This document shows, in pieces, positions 59,431-64,000 of a stretch of DNA of 64,000 bases (positions are counted from its first letter, which is position 1; each line of letters opens with the position of its first letter). The notes under the pieces were generated by a model that was not told the origin of the DNA, did no database searches, and saw nothing but the letters and a program-made list of their open reading frames with translations. Position numbers and translations under genes: made by a program. Where the stretch lies: contig OY762721.1 of assembly GCA_963666345.1 (NCBI GenBank), positions 3,328,001 through 3,392,000 on the forward strand, written 5' to 3'. Origin of the DNA: Desulfatiglandales bacterium (GTDB lineage Bacteria; Desulfobacterota; DSM-4660; Desulfatiglandales; Desulfatiglandaceae).

Positions 59431-60243
59431 ATGGCAGATCTAAAAGAAGGCGACACAATACTTGAGCTTGAAGATGTCCACATGTTTTTCGGAAAAGTGG
59501 CGGCTCTTGCCGGGGTCAGCCTTGAGGTAAAAAAGGGAGAGATCCATTCAATCATCGGTCCGAACGGGGCGGGCAAGACCGTAATGATGAATTGCATAAA
59601 CGGCCTTTACAGACCTCAGAAAGGAAGCATCTATTACAAGGGTGAAAAAATAAACGATCTGAAGCCGCACCGCAGGGCCGCGATGGGGATATCGAGGACC
59701 TTTCAGAAGATAGAATTGTTCGGCGGCATGACGGTGCTGGACAATATCAGACTCGGCAGACATGTCCATCTTAAAACCGGGATCGTAAGCGGTTCAATCT
59801 ATGTGGGAAAGACAAAGAGGGAAGAACTGGAGAGCAGAAAATTTATCGAGGAGGAGATCATAGATCTTTTGGAGATAGAGAGCATAAGAGACAAGACCGT
59901 TCATATGCTTCCCTATGGAATGCAGAAAAGGGTTGAACTGGGAAGGGCCCTGGCATTGAATCCGGAATTGCTGCTGCTTGATGAACCGCTGGCAGGACTC
60001 AACCTGGAGGAGGTCGAGGATATGGCCCGATTCATACTTGATCTCAACGAGGAGAAGAGGTGGAAGGTTACCTGTATCCTTGTTGAACATGATATGGGAG
60101 TCGTAATGGACATCTCCCACAATGTTTTTGTCCTGAATTTCGGAAATAAGATTATGGACGGGAAACCTGAGGATGTCCAGAGAAACCCGGAGGTGATCAA
60201 GGCCTACCTGGGTGAAGAGGATTTGTACTCTACAAGGAGGTAA
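59431..60243 (+). CDS. Branched-chain amino acid-type ABC transporter ATP-binding protein (LivG-like)
   Basis: IGPNGAGKT, RTFQ, LPYG.QKRVELGRALA, LDEP and VIKAYLG motifs. Confidence 0.95.
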   Translation: MADLKEGDTILELEDVHMFFGKVAALAGVSLEVKKGEIHSIIGPNGAGKTVMMNCINGLYRPQKGSIYYKGEKINDLKPHRRAAMGISRTFQKIELFGGMTVLDNIRLGRHVHLKTGIVSGSIYVGKTKREELESRKFIEEEIIDLLEIESIRDKTVHMLPYGMQKRVELGRALALNPELLLLDEPLAGLNLEEVEDMARFILDLNEEKRWKVTCILVEHDMGVVMDISHNVFVLNFGNKIMDGKPEDVQRNPEVIKAYLGEEDLYSTRR

Positions 60244-60251
60244 AGGCGGAA

Positions 60252-62186
60252 ATGACTGAATCCGGGATAGAGATCAACAAGGACCTCACTATTCCCAAAT
60301 TATTTGCCAAGCAGTGTGAGAAATACGGCAAAGACAAGGTCGCCATGAGGGAAAAGGAGTTTGGAATCTGGATTCCTTTTACCTGGAAAGACTACTACGA
60401 CAATGTGAAATATCTTTGCCTGGGGATGGTCAGCCTCGGCCTGAAGCGCGGAGACAAGGTCTCGATGATAGGGGACAACCGTCCCGAGGGTCTTTGGGCT
60501 GAGATGGCGGCGATGTGCGCCGGAGGCGTAGGCGTCTGGTTATTCCAGGACTGCATGATGGAGGAGGTGAAGTACATTGTCGACCATTCAGACACGAAAT
60601 TTTTCGTGGGTGAGACGCAGGAGGAGGTTGACAAGGCCCTGTCCATAATGGATCAGTGCCCCAAACTTGAATGGATCATCTGGGATGATCCGAAGGGCAT
60701 GCGGAATTATCACCAGGACCATCTCATAAGCATAAAGAAGGTTCAGGAACTTGGAAGGGAAGCTGACAAGAAGGAGCCGGGCCTTTTCGAAGAGATGATA
60801 AGTCTGGGCCATGGGGACGACATATGCCTTCTTTTCTATACATCAGGCACCACCGCCCTGCCGAAGGGGGCCCTTTTGAGCCACTGGAATATGCTCACTA
60901 TGGGTAAGAACCTGATGGCGGTCGACCCCTGCTATGATACCGACGACTTCGTATCGTATCTGCCTTTTGCCTGGATTGGTGAGCAGATGATGTCCATATC
61001 ATGTGGTCTTCAGATCGGATATACCATCAACTTCCCTGAAGAACCCGATACGGCCCAGGAAAATATCAGGGAAATCGGGCCTCATGTCATGTTTGCCCCT
61101 CCCAGGCTCTATGAAGGAATGACAAGAAGCGTCCAGGTAAAGCATATAGATTCCAGCTGGAGTAAGAGGCATCTATATCAATTCGCAACAAAGGTAGGAT
61201 ACAAAGTCGCGAATCTCAAATTTGAAAAAAAGCCTGTCCCGCTGCAGTGGAAGATCCTGAACTGGATAACATACGCCCTTGTGCAGAAGAAACTGAAAGA
61301 TCACCTGGGGATGTCGAGACTAAGGCACTGCTACACGGGAGGGGCTGCAATGGGGCCCGATCATTTCCGCTTCTTCCACGCCCTTGGAGTGAACCTCAAG
61401 CAGATATACGGTCAGACCGAGATAGCGGGTATTTCCATTGTGCACAGGGACGGAGACGTCAAGTTCGATACCGTGGGTACGCCGATTCCGGAAACTGAGA
61501 TCAAGATCACCGAAGAAGGCGAGATCATAGCCAAGAGTCCATCGGTATTCCTGGGGTATTACAAAAATGACGAGGCAACCGCCAAGACCCTGGTGGACGG
61601 CTGGCTATATTCGGGGGACAGGGGTTTTATAGATGAAGAAGGACACCTTGTGGTCTTTGATCGATCAAAGGATGTCATGACACTTAAGGACGGACGGCCC
61701 TTCGCACCTCAGTACCTGGAAACGAGACTCAAATTCAGCCCCTTTATACAGGAGGTATGGGTAATAGGTGACAGGCGGGATTACATAGTATCGGTAATGT
61801 GTATTGATTATTCGGTTGTCGGAAAATGGGCCGACGACAAGAAGCTCAACTATACCAGCTATCATGAACTGTCCCAGAAAACCGAAGTCTACGACCTGGT
61901 TCAAGAACAGATCGAGGAAGCCAATAAGGATCTGCCGGAACCGGCCAAGATCAGAAAATTCGTCAACCTTTACAAGGTGTTTGACGCTGACGACGAAGAG
62001 CTTACCAGAACGAGCAAGCTTAGAAGGGCATTTGTGGAAGAGAGATATAAGGATATAGTCGATGCACTTTATTCCGACACCGGCACGGTGCACATGGATA
62101 CAACGATAACCTATGAAGACGGCAGGGAACAGCGAATAAAGACGGATCTGGGGATACGGGAAATCAAGGTCCAGGGAGGTGATTGA
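60252..62186 (+). CDS. AMP-dependent acyl-CoA ligase (long-chain fatty acid-CoA ligase-like)
   Basis: YTSGTT..PKG, YGQTE and SGDRG..DR.KD motifs. Confidence 0.93.
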   Translation: MTESGIEINKDLTIPKLFAKQCEKYGKDKVAMREKEFGIWIPFTWKDYYDNVKYLCLGMVSLGLKRGDKVSMIGDNRPEGLWAEMAAMCAGGVGVWLFQDCMMEEVKYIVDHSDTKFFVGETQEEVDKALSIMDQCPKLEWIIWDDPKGMRNYHQDHLISIKKVQELGREADKKEPGLFEEMISLGHGDDICLLFYTSGTTALPKGALLSHWNMLTMGKNLMAVDPCYDTDDFVSYLPFAWIGEQMMSISCGLQIGYTINFPEEPDTAQENIREIGPHVMFAPPRLYEGMTRSVQVKHIDSSWSKRHLYQFATKVGYKVANLKFEKKPVPLQWKILNWITYALVQKKLKDHLGMSRLRHCYTGGAAMGPDHFRFFHALGVNLKQIYGQTEIAGISIVHRDGDVKFDTVGTPIPETEIKITEEGEIIAKSPSVFLGYYKNDEATAKTLVDGWLYSGDRGFIDEEGHLVVFDRSKDVMTLKDGRPFAPQYLETRLKFSPFIQEVWVIGDRRDYIVSVMCIDYSVVGKWADDKKLNYTSYHELSQKTEVYDLVQEQIEEANKDLPEPAKIRKFVNLYKVFDADDEELTRTSKLRRAFVEERYKDIVDALYSDTGTVHMDTTITYEDGREQRIKTDLGIREIKVQGGD

Positions 62187-63070
62187 TGGAGCTTTTTTTG
62201 ATGGCTTTGACAACGGGTATTATGGTGGGGGGCATCTACGCCCTGGTGGCCCTCGGCTGGGTGCTCATATACAAGTGCTCCGGCGTTTTGAATCTGGCCA
62301 TGGGTGAGTTGACCATTATCGGCGCCTACGTGACCCTTACCTTCTATCAGATGGGAATACCCTTTATCCTTTCCGTCGTATTTACCCTGATTGTCGGAAT
62401 TGTCCTGGGGTATCTGACGGAACGGATCTTTCTGGACAAGCTTATAGGAGAGCCGATACTGGCCGTCATAATGGTCACCGTGGGGCTTTCCTTCTTCTTC
62501 AAGGGGCTTGTGGAATTCATCTGGGGAACCGACACAAGGGTCTTTGAGCCGGCGGTTTTCCCCCTAAAGCCGATCAGTATAGGCATGTTAAAGATATCGC
62601 CTGTATATCTGTGGTCATTCATACTCTCGATCGTGCTTCTAATTGTGTTCGTATGCTTTTTCAAATACACCAAATGGGGGCTTTCCATGCAGGCCACGGC
62701 CGATGATGAGACTGCGGCCCTGTCGCTGGGGGTAAGCGCTCGTTTTGTGTACGCGGCTGCGTGGGCAATAGCTTTTATGAGCGCGGGAGTAGGCGGTGCG
62801 CTTCTGGGAAATATAAATGGGATAAACATATCAGTAGGATACCTGGGCCTGCTGGTGTTGCCCGCGGTTGTGCTGGGAGGGCTTAATTCGGTTCCCGGTG
62901 CCATAGTGGGGGGGATAATGATAGGCCTGCTTCAGAATTTTTCAGGCACCTATCTTGACGGATATTTCCCGGGCGGTGTCAAGGAAATCGTTCCCTTCGC
63001 CTTTATGGCCGTCTTTCTTCTCTTCAAACCTTACGGCCTATGGGGCTGGGAGCGTATAGAAAGGGTATAG
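62186..63070 (+). CDS. Branched-chain amino acid-type ABC permease (LivH-like)
   Basis: GGIYALVALG..LIYK.SGVLN.A.GE, LGGL.S.PGAIVGG and KPYGL.G motifs. Confidence 0.95.
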   Translation: MELFLMALTTGIMVGGIYALVALGWVLIYKCSGVLNLAMGELTIIGAYVTLTFYQMGIPFILSVVFTLIVGIVLGYLTERIFLDKLIGEPILAVIMVTVGLSFFFKGLVEFIWGTDTRVFEPAVFPLKPISIGMLKISPVYLWSFILSIVLLIVFVCFFKYTKWGLSMQATADDETAALSLGVSARFVYAAAWAIAFMSAGVGGALLGNINGINISVGYLGLLVLPAVVLGGLNSVPGAIVGGIMIGLLQNFSGTYLDGYFPGGVKEIVPFAFMAVFLLFKPYGLWGWERIERV

Positions 63071-63238
63071 AGGACGGTTTTCTCTAGGCCGACATGTAAA
63101 ACCCCTGTTTCGGATAAGAACCTTGCCTGGTTGTTCATTAGGGTAAGGGACGTTTCCGGATGAAAACCGGGTAATTTGAATGATTTTTCAAGAGCATAAA
63201 CCTTGATTCAGAAACTATAGATTCGGAGGGGTCGCTTT

Positions 63239-64000
63239 ATGTCCAATGTGTGGTTACCCTGTGGTGATTACCATCAGAACTACGGAGAGGATCAGGGCTG
63301 GTGGCAGACGAAGTTTCTTAAAGGCAAGATGCTTCTCTTATTGCTGGTAGTCTTTGTGCTGATTCCCCTTGCCCCCAAGACCTGGATGTTTGATGTCGTC
63401 GGCGTGAGCAATATGATCGGTTACACGGCAATGGGGGCGCTGGGCGTACAGCTGCTGATCGGATATACCGGCCTCATTACCCTGGGTCACGCAGCATTTA
63501 TAGCCGTGGGATCTTATACGAGCACAATGCTTGTGCTGCAGTTTCCCTGGCCTCAGTTTATAATCGACTGGGGGATTGCCTACCCGATAAGCATCCTTGT
63601 GGCCGGTGTTGTAGCAGGCATCTGGAGTGTGCTTTTCGGACTTCCATCGGCAAAGGTAAAGGGCTTTTACCTTATCCTGACGACCATGGCGGCTCAGTTT
63701 ATCACAGTGGATTTTATCCTTACCCAGTATGTGAGTCAGATCGGCGGGAGGGGACAGGCATTTTCTCTGCCCCCCGGCACAATAAAGATCGGGCCCTGGG
63801 TCATCGACAGCGATATCAAAATATATTACCTGATGGTGGTGCTTCTTACCCTCATGGTCATAATTATGGCCAACCTGCTGCGTTCCAAGCCGGGAAGGGC
63901 GTGGGTCGCCATAAGGGATAACGATATCGCGGCCGAGGCGCTTGGTATAAATATAGTATGGTACAAGTTGCTCGCCTTTTTTGTCGCGGGGTTTATGGCG
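63239..64000 (+). CDS. Branched-chain amino acid-type ABC permease (LivM-like), truncated by the window end
   Basis: Not in the ORF track. ATG after GGAGG gives MSNVWLPCGDYHQNY..GYTGLITLGHAAF..KVKGFYL.LTTMA..GRAWVAIRDNDIAAEALGI, open to the window edge. Confidence 0.92.
   Translation, partial: MSNVWLPCGDYHQNYGEDQGWWQTKFLKGKMLLLLLVVFVLIPLAPKTWMFDVVGVSNMIGYTAMGALGVQLLIGYTGLITLGHAAFIAVGSYTSTMLVLQFPWPQFIIDWGIAYPISILVAGVVAGIWSVLFGLPSAKVKGFYLILTTMAAQFITVDFILTQYVSQIGGRGQAFSLPPGTIKIGPWVIDSDIKIYYLMVVLLTLMVIIMANLLRSKPGRAWVAIRDNDIAAEALGINIVWYKLLAFFVAGFMA

Overview
A gene-dense bacterial window, most consistent with an anaerobic, aromatic-degrading deltaproteobacterium (Desulfobacterota-like). That assignment is inferred from the had-oah-dch benzoyl-CoA ring-cleavage genes, the short EF-Ts and the gene order. 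Left to right: (1) an AprA/AsfA-like flavoprotein, a ferredoxin/GltD-type fusion, a tripartite tricarboxylate transporter and an MmgE/PrpD protein, with a convergent GntR; (2) M14 peptidase, DUF4412-type protein, a collapsed Zn-dehydrogenase relic, recQ and a DEAD-box helicase; (3) MarR-MFS, catalase, M20 peptidase, a peptide ABC operon and an amidohydrolase; (4) a decayed CRISPR-associated remnant (frameshifted cas6 plus a truncated CARF gene, no array) next to an AAA/DUF4143 ATPase and palindrome clusters; (5) the benzoyl-CoA genes, coupled to an adenine-deaminase-like gene; (6) a K+ channel, rlpA, ihf, coaD-rsmD-pssA-psd and the rpsB-tsf-pyrH-frr-uppS-cdsA-dxr-rseP-tsaB cluster; (7) dgt and a liv-type ABC/acyl-CoA ligase operon running off the right edge. 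The most striking signal missing from the ORF track is two copies (18975-19457 and 52889-53296) of a small non-autonomous element. Each has ~22-bp imperfect terminal inverted repeats, a perfect 8-bp target-site duplication, inward-facing octamer repeat arrays and a decayed four-helix-bundle (23S-IVP/Avd-like) gene. No rRNA, tRNA or CRISPR array was found. All family assignments come from motif recognition by eye, not database searches.
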